DNA of 61,486 nt, counting the filler. It is 14 parts of 14 records of this genome, joined end to end, with 100 filler letters (N's around TTAATTAATTAA, not from the genome) between each part and the next. Parts side by side here need not be neighbours in the genome. Positions count along the whole stretch, not along the records: positions 1 to 5,303 come from SRR15195285_12741; positions 5,404 to 10,666 come from SRR15195285_12768; 12 more parts are not named here. One strand, 5' to 3'. Under the pieces are notes generated by a model. That model made no database searches and had not been told where the DNA came from. It was given only the letters and a program-made list of their open reading frames with translations. Every line of letters starts with the position of its first letter. Position 1 is the stretch's first letter. Shown here in pieces: positions 1 to 10,766 of the stretch. Position numbers and translations under genes: made by a program.

Positions 1-678
1 GGGGTCGCGCGTGTAGATGACAGCCGGCGGATCGCCCGCCTCGCAGGCCGGCAGGTCATAGCTTTCCGCGCGGCTCAGCACGCAGTTGGTGTTGGCAGAG
101 GCGTCTCCACTGGTGATATCGGTAGAGAAGCTGACCGAAGCTCCGCTCACCGAGAGTACGGTCAGATCCTGCCCCTTCGGAGCCGCGGCGCAGGTCTGCC
201 CCGCTGCATCGGAGAGTTGGAGCGCCTGGCCTGCCGCAACCGAGGCATCGATCTGAGCCAGGGTGACGGTGTCAGCCGACTCGTCGATGGATGCCACCGT
301 GGCAGCCACGATGGCAGGAGTGGGGTCGACCTGCGGAATCGCCATCCCCGAGGCCGCTTGCCCTGTGCTGCTTTCCAGCTCTGCCAGCTGTGCAGCGAGC
401 AGTTCGTGCTTTTCGCTAACTGCGTACGCCGACTCGATCGCTAACACTGCTACGTCATGCGCGCTGGCGCACGAGCTGTCTTGCAGCCGCCTCTTGGCGG
501 CAGCGTTCTGCGACAGCGTACCCGCGGGTGCATCAGCATTCGCACTGTTCACAGCAGCGTCCTCCAGCGCAGCCAGTCGCTGCTGCATAGCCATCATGGT
601 GTGATTCATCTCACGATGAGATGCGAGCAAGGCAACCAGCCCAAGCCCGAGCAAAGCGTGCAGCATGTCCGGCCGCAT
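1..678 (-). CDS. Secreted/surface hypothetical protein, 3'-partial (runs off window start)
   Basis: ATG at 678 opens a stop-free frame to position 1 (MRPDMLHALLGLGLVALLASHRE...AAKRRLQDSSC...). Hydrophobic signal-like N-terminus and a KRRLQ motif. Absent from the ORF track because no stop lies in the window. Confidence 0.7.
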   Translation of the reverse strand, partial: MRPDMLHALLGLGLVALLASHREMNHTMMAMQQRLAALEDAAVNSANADAPAGTLSQNAAAKRRLQDSSCASAHDVAVLAIESAYAVSEKHELLAAQLAELESSTGQAASGMAIPQVDPTPAIVAATVASIDESADTVTLAQIDASVAAGQALQLSDAAGQTCAAAPKGQDLTVLSVSGASVSFSTDITSGDASANTNCVLSRAESYDLPACEAGDPPAVIYTRDP

Positions 679-1728
679 CTTCCTTCCTTTTTTAACGTAT
701 CGCTGCTGCTACTCGAGTGGCAGTAAGTAAGGTACCCCCCAGCCCACTCGTCGTGTGTCTCTCTCTTCGATCCCTCCCGCCCGGCGTGTCCGTCCCGCCC
801 GAGGGAGGTCGACTCTCAGAAAACGGGTACCCGGTATCTAGGATACCGCGGTCTCTTCGATGAGGATCCTACGCGTGTACACGGTGTACCACTCGAAGGG
901 ATTCATGCGATTGGAATTCGACGAATGATTGATCAAGAGCGTGATTCATTCGGATGGCTGCCAATTTGGCTGCCTGGGCTCCCGCCCGGGAAACAGAAGA
1001 AACTGCTCGCGAGTCGACCGGACATCGTTGATTGATGATTTCTATACGAGTACCTACTCTGAGTAGTAGTACATTCTGGATTGCACTCGTGTATCCGCCC
1101 CTCCGGCCTGAGTATACCGCGCCGCGCCGGAGGGGTGCCGTGGGCGGGGCGCGGGGCCTGACGACATGCGGCCACTCACGGCGCTGCGTGCATCGCTCGG
1201 GGGGCATGGGTGAGCATTAGCATACCGGTACAGTGGGTGTGCGGCGCCGGCGCTTGTGTGTGGAACCGCGGCACGCCGATTGCGACTCGGACGCCGGTGG
1301 TGCATCGCGCAGTGACACGTGGGGGCGGGCGTCCGTTCTCGCCGCACGCCGGCGCCGGTGCCCAGCCCGGTCGCCGGTGCCGGCGCCGAACGATGCACCC
1401 GTCGCGCCGCTTCAATGCCACGAACGCACCTCATCGCTGCTGCAGTAAAAACCGCCATCAGAGCACGCTGCTGGTGATTTTATGCGCAGCATCTGGCAGC
1501 ACGATCTTACAGCGCGTGGGTGCTCCGACGATCCAGGAACAGGCGGCCGCAATCCTGACTCGCAGCCCACCTGTGGACTTGGCATCTGTTGGGGGTGGCT
1601 GTGCCATGGGCGCTGCTGGAGACCAATGTAAGTGCTGCGTGTTCTCGAATGTGTTCTTGCACATTCTCTTGCACACGTGCCTCGGAGTGCGGCACTCACA
1701 AAACAGCGCGGATCGGAATGCTTTGCAG

Positions 1729-4700
1729 GTCGGCTGGAAGCACTGGTGTCGTGGCTGGAACCGCTGCGGGAAGAAACAGCGGCAGCGCGCGCAGTGGTAT
1801 CAGGGATGTGTTCCAGTGATTCTGTCAGTTCTCTAAGTCCCACTTGCGCTGATACGACAGCAGTTGGTGCGACTGGCGCCAGTCCAGTCGTTTTCGACTG
1901 TTCTGCAGAGATTAACCAACTCGCTGGAGCCCCCAGCGAAATCTTCTGTGCCGCGAACCAGTGCATTGCGAGCGAATGTTGCACCGTCGTTCCTCCAGCT
2001 GCCGCTAACAGCCAATTTCAGACCGCTTTGAGCGATGCACCACCAGTGGAGGAGTGGTGGAAGGTGTCTACGAGCATTACGTTCGACGCAGACATCGAAG
2101 ATATTCCTGCAGGCAGTGTCGCGCGGGCAGAGTTCGAGCAGAAGTTCAAACAGGCCGTTGCAGCAGTGCTTGGCGACGGGCGCACAATCACAGAAGACAT
2201 GGTCATCGTTGACAACATTTTAGCAGCGAGCATCATCGTCGAGTGGCACCTGCTCGTGCCTCCAGACACGGCAGTCACGGCGACATCACTCGTGCAGACG
2301 TTGAAAGACAGCAATGATTCCATCGAGATCGTAGTTGATGGAATCACGATGGCTGCACCTGTCTCCACTATGGCAACACCAACTAGCAGTCCTTCGCGGG
2401 TGGCGTCCACGTTAGCGACAACGTCTCATAGCGGTGTGGCACACTCTATGAGTCTCTGTGCTTGTAGTCTGGTTATTAATACACACGGTGTACTGGTTGC
2501 AGGAGACGCTGTGGATAGCTCAGCCGGAGTCATTATTGGAGTTGCTGTAGGGGTGGTGATTGTTGTTCTGTTGCTAGTCGCAATTCGTAAGTCTGGAAGG
2601 TGGCCGAACAAGCGAGAGGGCGCGAAAATGTGAGTAGCAAGAATCACACAGGGTCTCGCGTGCGACATAGAACTCGCGACTGACAACTGCCCTCTGTTGT
2701 TTGCAGTGGTGTGCATCAGGAGATCGACCAGGCAAAAACGGTTGACAGTACGGAAGAGGACACTACGGAGAGCCTGCGACCGGCACAGGTTGTGACAGCG
2801 CCATCTGTGCAACGACAGCAGCACCCAATTGGCCATGACTTGCAACGAGGCGTAGCGAAGGAGACTGCTACAGTATCGATCCATGACCATCTTGGCGATG
2901 AGACTGATCGTGCAATGGATGCACCGGAATCCACTGTGGTCCCTGTATCAGCTACGAGCCGCGTGAACTCCAGATACAAAGATGAAGGTCCTCTGCGACA
3001 AGGAGGATTACACTCACTGCGTAGAGCCGTTGATACTGTCAAGAACACTCGTGTTGCAGCCAAGGTGTTTGCAGATGACGTGGCTTTCCGAACAGAGTGG
3101 CAGAATCTACAGCAAATGAACGACGCGGGAGGTCGTGACTATGTCATCGAACTCAGCGATGTTGACGAGCCGAGTCGAACTTTATATTTGGAGCTGGCTA
3201 AGTGCAGCGTCGACCAGCAGCTGACTGAGCGGCCTGACGGTCTCGAAGAGGTTGAGGTGCGTCCAATCGTGCTTCGTGTACTAGACATCTTGGATTACCT
3301 CCACAGCTCGAAAAAGCTGGCGCACAACGACGTGAAACTCGAGAATCTCCTAGTCTGTGAAAGTGGCTTCTCCCAGAAGCTGAAGATTGCAGATCTCGAG
3401 AATGCTTCGATTATCGGAACGCCTCGTGGTCTGAAATGTACACCATACATATGCTCGCCAGAGCTGGCGCAAGCGATTTGCAGCGAGCAGTCACTACAGG
3501 TAAAACCTTCTGAAGATGTCTGGGCGGTCGGTGTGATGGTATTGCGGTTGTTGGGCCACGAAACTCCGTTTGCGCTTGGAGATGGCGACGATATGCACTC
3601 CAAACTCTCGCCACTAGCCTTGCTGACAGACGCAAAAGTACGCCAAGTTGTGGAGCATGCTGGTATTCAGACAGGATCGCAACTTTTCTCTTTTCTCGTG
3701 GGAGACAACCGAACGTCTGGCTGTCTTGTTGTTGAGCCAGGCCAGCGAGCCAAGATCCAAGATCTTCGGAGCAAGGGATGGATCAGTGGCAACGCCGCTA
3801 CGCAGGTCCACCGAGATGGAGTTGGTCACGTTGTCCAAACGATGCAGGCGATTGAAGAGAAGCTGGACTCTGTTGCAGAGGGCGTCCAACGAATAGAGGG
3901 TGCGATTCTCGACATGAAGGAACGTATCGAGGCGGTGCGAAAGACCATCGTCAACCTGGACTCCGAGCAGGTTCCTCTAGTCTTTACGCTGTCATTGTGT
4001 CCGGCGAGTGATCGGGTTGTCAGTGTCGAGGAAGCCAAGGGCTTGTTCGGGCGCTTCAGTCAGATATTGCACAAGCACAACCCATTGCACACTGTGCGGG
4101 ATCATCTAGATGCGCTCAAAGGCCACAGACTAAAGCTCAGGCTGCTATGCCAATACACTTGGGAGCCAGTGGGAGAAGGGTATGAGCTGCGTGCCCCACT
4201 ACAGGAAGTCCCGCCACTTCTGCCGCTGCTCAGCGTTGGTGTCAAAGGGCTGCAAACGGTCAATGCTGCCGCTGCGGTGGCCAATGTGTTCTTAGGTGGA
4301 GTATTGCCTGAGCGAATCGTACCAGAGACAGTCATACGGGATGCCAAGTCGCTGGCTGATGGTATCCCCGAGGGCTTGTACAGTTATCCGTCCGTAGTTG
4401 AGCTGGCGACACAAGTTGCCCTGCAAGGAGAGACAGAAGAAGCACGCCAGGCTCTCAGTCAGTATCAACAGCAACAGTTCAAACTCTTCTTGAAGACGCA
4501 TGATTCCGACGGGCACTGGCGGGGGCATTTGCGCAGGGTCCCGCTGGCCGATGGGACAGTACTCTGGGTCTCCGAAGATGGCTTCAAGAAATTGGAAGAC
4601 GAGGGCATGCTGGATAGCGAGGGTGCAAAGCTGCAACAAGAACTTGAAGACCGAATCCAGCAAGCCCACCAACAAGTTGAGATCCAGCTAGCGGCTGAGC

Positions 4701-5303
4701 TTGCGGAAAAAGAGGCGGCAGTGCAGCGGCAGCTGATTGACGCGGAGGTGACAGAGGCCGAGAGCGAGCAAGAAATACGAGATCGGGCGGTTCAGATGGA
4801 AGCTGAGTTACAGCGGCTGAAAGACGCGCATGCGATGGAGCGGCAACGACAGGAGGACAAAGCGGACGACGCGCGGAAAACGTTGGCACGATTGCAAAAG
4901 GAGAAGTGGGAGGAGCTGCTGAATGATCACGGAAGCAATCCTGCAGATCTGGTGGGAAGTCTGGCGGAGGAGCATGTGAGCGTAGCAGCTCGTATGGACG
5001 CGCTGGCCAGAGAAGAAAAAGTTAAGCTAAGGCAACGTCTGGAGCTAAAGCAGCGACAACGTGCACACGAGCTGCTGAAAAGTGAGGATATCTTGTAGTA
5101 CATTCATCTACGGACCTGAGCACATCTCAGTGGAACCATTTCGGCACAACCTCTGTTTTCGTGAAACCACTGACACCGGCTAGCTGGGCTGTTCGTGACA
5201 CATACCGGTGCCCAACCTCTAGGTGTCGATATTACTGGACGGCACCAGGATGACACGAACCAGGACCAGGACAGCACGAACTGGTACATCGACCTGTGCG
5301 ACG
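1729..5303 (+). CDS. Single-pass receptor-like Ser/Thr protein kinase with C-terminal helical/coiled-coil region; spliced, 5' end uncertain, probably 3'-partial
   Basis: Cys-rich ectodomain (TCADTT...CAANQCIASECC), TM helix (VIIGVAVGVVIVVLLLVAI-RK), kinase motifs VAAK, HNDVKLEN, DLE (for DFG), CSPE. Frame-preserving GT-AG introns at 2434-2502 and 2630-2706. A likely further intron at 5082-5222 removes the stop at 5098 and opens an exon to the contig end. Confidence 0.75.
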
Positions 5304-5403
5304 NNNNNNNNNNNNNNNNNNNNNNNNNNNNNNNNNNNNNNNNNNNNTTAATTAATTAANNNNNNNNNNNNNNNNNNNNNNNNNNNNNNNNNNNNNNNNN
5401 NNN
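5304..5403. other. Artificial contig-joining linker N44-TTAATTAATTAA-N44 (first of 13)
   Basis: Identical 100-nt linkers with stops in all six frames also at 10667-10766, 16339-16438, 20268-20367, 23814-23913, 27199-27298, 30570-30669, 35666-35765, 40870-40969, 44151-44250, 47768-47867, 52654-52753 and 57072-57171. Confidence 0.98.
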
Positions 5404-6236
5404 CGACTATGATCCAGGCACTTTGGCGAGGGGTTTCTGCACGTCGGTCCTTCGTCCACGATTGCATTGCAGCTGTCGAGTTGCTCTCCGCGCTGAATGG
5501 CAGGGCTGCGCCCAAGGCACAGATATCGAGTATCAGCCAGCATCATGCAGATTCGAGTGGTAAACTTGACATCAAGAAGGCTGTGATGGACGGCCCAAGT
5601 GAGGAGGCCAAACTGAAGGCTGAATTGGCACAAGAGTGGGAGAACTTCAAAGCGGAACTGACTCTAACTACGGAGCTCGTGCAAACGCAAGATAGTTCGC
5701 CATCACCGATACCAGCAAGCGAAAGGCATCACTGGGACAATGAGACCGTTTCGCAGGCAAAAGTGCATGATGAGCATCGAAGCAGCAGTGAAGGCTCCGC
5801 AAACGATTTGACGGAATCAAGTGATGACTTTGAGATTGACGAACACAGCAAGCCAACGCAACAAGCCCCAGCGAACCAGCGAAAGACTGCTATGGTCATG
5901 AAGTTTACTCAGCTACGAGATACTCTCATGGCAGACAGCACAAGTCCGACGTTGCACCAAGCGCCTGAGCCTGAACCGGAGCCTGAGTTTACCTCTGAAC
6001 CTGGACTGCACGACGAGCATCAGCACGACGACTCGGCCACCGAGAGTGACTTGGAGGAGTCGTCTGAAGATATCGAGACATCTTCCGATGACTTCGAGAG
6101 CGACATAGAATCTGATGATGGCGACATGTTGTCCTCTACGGGGGCAGTTGAATACCCGACAGGGAGTCTGCATGGGAGCAGTGTAGGCAGCTTCGCGACC
6201 TCGCGTGGATCAAATCACTGGCGAAATGCAGTATGA
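5404..6236 (+). CDS. IQ-motif, acidic low-complexity protein, C-terminal part (5'-partial)
   Basis: IQALWRGVSARR matches the IQ calmodulin-binding consensus IQxxxRGxxxR. Acidic Ser-rich tail and an APEPEPEPE tract. Frame is open from the contig edge. Confidence 0.6.
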
Positions 6237-7061
6237 GGTACCGACAGCTCCGGCTCTTGCAACACCGTCAGTGCATGAACTCTTGCCTTTGAGCAAGAAG
6301 GTGCAACATGGGTGAGGACTCGGCGACAGTGGTAAATGTATTGTCAATTGGGCTTACTACAGACTGGTTCTCTGTCTTTCCTCGTCAGTAACGTGCCATG
6401 CCTCAGCTACGTTGCCGAAACAAACGCATGTGTCTAGCTTCAGCTCGTTCAGCGAGTACGGCAGGGACTCCAGAGAGTCCAGTTGCGCCTGGATGTCTAC
6501 CACATCAGTCCGCCATTCTACAGCACGCCTGAAGCCAACTACCTTGGGAAGTGCAGAGTCCTGCTACTCCGCCCGCTCCGCGTTCGCAAAATCCTCGGCA
6601 GAGCCTTCGTGCAGTTCGCTCGCGGTTGTGACGGGCGGGCTGAAGTCGATATATACTCGAGCACTAGATCTACTAGTAGATCTCTAGTGCTGGCATTGGG
6701 TATCGATACCGTATCCTCGCGACACATGATGATGGACTGACTAGGCGCTGCACGCTCGCATGAGTCAGCACCAACATCGACGAGCAGCAAGTCGCGAGCA
6801 CCAAGTCTAGCTTGCAGAAACCGCAGAGTCAGGCTGTGTAATGGTGGAGCGGCGCAAAGCTGCCAGAGGTGCTGGATCAGCTGGAGGAATGAAAGATAAG
6901 CTGTTTCTTCGGACAACGAGTCCCACAAGCCCCACAACGAGCAGATAACCGCAGCTTTAGGGTTGCTACGCTGAACATCTCTGATGGAAAACGGTGTACA
7001 CTGCGAGATAACCACCTCTTTCACGCCAACTTCCAGCACATGAGTTGTAGCTTTACTGAAT

Positions 7062-10000
7062 TCATTTATCGGCCCCGGAAATGGATGGTCGTGCACGTCG
7101 TGGTGGTGCAATGAGCATCATGGTCAGGTTAGCGACCGGCTTTTCAACTAGCATGTAGACGGCGAAAGAGGACAGCAGCGAGAGAGTATAGTTCGATGTC
7201 GTGACAGCAGCACCGAAATACTGCGAGCAAACAATGAGGTGCGCAACGTGCAACAATCCAAGGAGTGAGGCAAGCAGGTAGGCAAGCAAGCAGGCAGGAG
7301 GAACCCGTAGCGTATCTAGTGACTGACTAGCCTGATAGCTGGCTGGCTGGCTAGCTGGCTGGCTAGTTGGCTACGAAGATTTACGTCGTTGTAGTCAAAC
7401 TCCTTTTCCGTAGAGTTGAACAGCAGCCGTATGATCATAATGTGGGTGAGATAAACTCCAAAGGTAAGCCGGGCAATCGGCGTCCAGAAGCTTACAGACA
7501 GTACTGCAACGATCGGACCTCCCTGAGAGGCGAGCGCGGCCCTGTTGTATCGTATCACATGAGCGCCCGCATGATAGCACACACGCGCATGCATATGCCA
7601 GACAATCAGGCAGCCACAAAACGGTCAGGAATACGTCAGCACTACAATACTACCGCGCTGCCACACAGGAGCATTTCTTCCAGGCAAAACAACAGGAGGC
7701 AAAAGGCTGACGCAGCAGGGGAGGAGGACGAAGACGAAGGTGTAGCGGGCTTCACTGCCGCCGTGTGGCTCTCACCACAGGATCATGCCGAGGCTGATGC
7801 ACCATGTAGTGCGAAAGAAAGACGAGTATAGCACATCCCACGTCCGGCTCCATGCACAAGTGGTTGTGCTGCCCATGTAATGATGGCAAGGGCCACTTCC
7901 TCCGTGGTCTTCTGGACAGTACGTCTTCGGTCCTGTTTCCGGGATCCGCTGATGTTATAAGCAGTGGCGAGGACGGGCATCCCAGACATAGCAAATGAAA
8001 ACGAATTGAACAGGAAACCCGAAAGTTTTAAATCGGTACCAAGCTTCTCGAACGTGTTGTTGTAGGACCCCACAGAAGAATAGACGAACAGAACGATCAG
8101 CACCGCCCAGTAGATACATCGTTGCAGGTAGCCCGAAAGTTTTGGCACAGACTTGCTCTCAGGGTCACGGTGGTCGACATAGATGCAGGCCAGTAAGACT
8201 CCGATATAGTAACCAGGACGGTACCATGGCTTGTCGTAGAGCATCACTTGGAAGTCGCCAGTATTAGAAGGGGAGTGATCACCACCACCAAATGGAGGAT
8301 TAGAAGTTAGCTGATCGCATGTCGAGAGCTTGTAGGACGTCGTAAGGTAAATAATGTACGCGTGCATAAGGACCAGCACGGCTACCAGCAACGCGTAAGC
8401 ATGCTGCCGACTGCGCTTGAAGAACACCGCCACCACCGGCGTGAGCAAAAACAGCTGCATATCGTTCGAGAGATACCAAGTCTGGATGTAGCAGCCAAGT
8501 TCGCCCTCTCCATTAGGCATACGACCATCAACTGTAAACTCCTTCGGGCCGTTGAGGTGGCCGAGCCAGCCGGGGTCGGGGTTGCGCGCACCAAGCTGGC
8601 CAGGGAAAAGGTTAGATATATACAGGATGTTGGTCCACCACATCTCGCGACAGAACTCTTTCATTTTCGGTTCGTAGAGGTCTTCCATGCCAGGATGCCA
8701 CTCCGGACCGTTGCCAATCATGGGAAAGACGTAGATGTAGATCATCAGTACAAACAGATACATGGGTGTCAGCCGCAGGAAGCGAAACAGTACGGCCTTT
8801 CCCCAGAACCGGCAGAGTGGGAGATCTGGCCCAGACGAAAGCGAGTACTTCTCCAGCTGCGACAGCATCGCTAAGAAGCCGGAAAGGAAGAAGAAGGTGT
8901 CGACAGAGACAAAAGCTCCACCTGTGCTGTCGTCAGGGTTGCCGATGAGCCATCGGGTGATGAACCTGTTCTCGACAATGTTATGTGCGTACGGACCTGC
9001 TCCATTCAATACCGTTAGAGAAGCAAACGAAAAACACAGACAGAGAGAAGGACACAAAGCAGAGACATGAGCGCACACTAAACTTGGGTGGGATACGTAC
9101 TATTGTCGACATGCATGAACGCGTAGGTATGCCCAAGCACAACTAAAAAGATCGCAATCACACGAACGCCGTTGAGCATTTTCAGTCCAGGATGCCCCGG
9201 ATCCGGTTTATGCAGCGAGGCGTAGTTGCGGCCCATGTCCCAGTTGCGGACTAGACGGACACACAACGAAGGAGCGGTAGGCGTGCTCCTCAAAACCTCG
9301 CCGCCAGACTGGATTAGCCCAGCGGCACCACCAACTCGCAGCTGGGGTGTTGCACTAGCTGCATCCACCGGGTCAGTGTTGGAACGGTCTTCGGTCGCTG
9401 CTGCACCTTGCTTGCTCGTCTTTCCGCCTGCGACCTGGACACCCCACGGCTGTGGAGTTGTGGCGCAGACAGTCAGCAGGATCAGAAAGCAGGACACAGC
9501 AACCCAAAACCCAGCACCGAAGTCAAGCATGCCGAACTGAGAATGTCCACCGGTCTGATCAATGCTCTCAAGCCAAAACTGTGTGGCGTTGCTCTGGGCA
9601 GACGCATGAGCTTCGCCAGGGCAGTTGCCCTTGTCGTGGTCGCATATCGTTGCATTTACGCGCAGGGCCTGTAGATAGTAGGGACCAGCGTGCCAAAGGT
9701 CGTCGTGGGAGCACTCGGACGGAAAGCAGAGGCCGATTTTGGGATGCCACCCACCATGCTGCATCTGCCGCCTTACGCCGTCCACAACGCTTGCCACACG
9801 TGAGTCGTCGGGCACGAGAGAACCTTCGACAGTCCGCTGCATTAGGCGCCGGTTGCTCGTGTCGTGGTGGCCGAGACTCATCGTCCAGTATGTGAGGCCG
9901 GCGTCTGAGCCATCTTCAGTGGGGTAGCTCATCTGGTCGCATGTGTAAAAGTCGCCAGTGTCGCCGGGTCGCAGTCCGAGTGAGCATGCGAGCTGTTTGA

Positions 10001-10412
10001 TGGGCGTCTGATCGCCTTGTTTCGCGAGGTCGACGATGCGGTTCACAGACTTCATGCAGGGAGTACTCAGCTGGAGTTTCGTAGGCGTGGTCGTGGAAGC
10101 GACCCCGAAGATATCCGCCACTGCATACTCGAGATGCTCCAGGTTTTCGCTCCCGGTGTGGCTCTCGGCAGTGGTGGAGCTGCCGAACAGTGCCTCTCCA
10201 GCTCCACTGAACGCTTGCGTGCTTAGTGCGCGTCGCTGATTTTGGCAGGCCTTGGTGACGTTCTGAACGAGCAGCGACTCAGGTTGTGCGGTCGCAGGGA
10301 GCGCCAAGAGTGTCAGTAGCACACTGTACGTGTAGCATGCCACCGCCGCAGCCGTGAGCGACGGGAGAGTTCGCGCCGTGGCGAGCGTGGACTTCTTCGT
10401 CAGCACGACCAT
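7062..10412 (-). CDS. Nose-resistant-to-fluoxetine (NRF-6)-like / acyltransferase-3 family membrane O-acyltransferase; spliced
   Basis: N-terminal Cys-containing NRF-like region (GDFYTC, IGLCFPSECS). Acyl_transf_3 motifs LNGVRVIAIFLVVLGHT, VDTFFFLSGFL, RFLRLTP, QTWYLSNDMQLF, ARLTFGVYLTH, LVEKP. Four GT-AG introns join ORFs 9078-10487, 7783-9078, 7316-7594 and 7062-7289 (plus a short exon near 7780-7930). Exact start uncertain. Confidence 0.85.
7255..7372. repeat. Intronic tetranucleotide-like simple repeats (GCTG/GCTA and GCAA/GCAG)
   Basis: gctggctggctggctagctggctggctag and gcaagcaggtaggcaagcaagcaggcagg lie within the last acyltransferase intron. Confidence 0.6.
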
Positions 10413-10766
10413 CCCTGCAACTTGCAGCCTACAGTGTAGTGCACACAGTATCTCGCGAGAGTGTCGCTCGACTGCTGACCAGCGCACGTATCTAAGATCG
10501 CCACGGTCGCACTGGCACGACGGAACCTAGCTAGAGCTCTGCCAGGTGCCGTGTGTTCACCTCGCTGCGCGCGCGCGCGCTCCGCGCGCACCGCGAACGC
10601 GCACTGATGGCTCGTGCGCGAGCTGGGAGTGCTACATACGCCTGAGTCGAGGCGCCAGATTAGACANNNNNNNNNNNNNNNNNNNNNNNNNNNNNNNNNN
10701 NNNNNNNNNNTTAATTAATTAANNNNNNNNNNNNNNNNNNNNNNNNNNNNNNNNNNNNNNNNNNNN

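Noticed and set aside
860..1065. U3 snoRNA-like boxes (gagcgtga, attgatga, tctga) between the divergent genes
   Set aside because: No box A/A' at the expected 5' position and no convincing terminal stems; would need an Rfam search to support.
1166..1728. 5' exons of the receptor kinase or a separate small Cys/Trp-rich gene
   Set aside because: Several donor/acceptor combinations are possible and none gives an unambiguous signal-peptide-bearing frame; left unannotated.
6350..7060. Coding-like stretches between the IQ protein and the acyltransferase (ORF 6539-7111 and a minus-strand frame near 6355-6655)
   Set aside because: No recognisable motif or credible start; one frame contains an internal TAG; overlaps the expected 3' UTRs.
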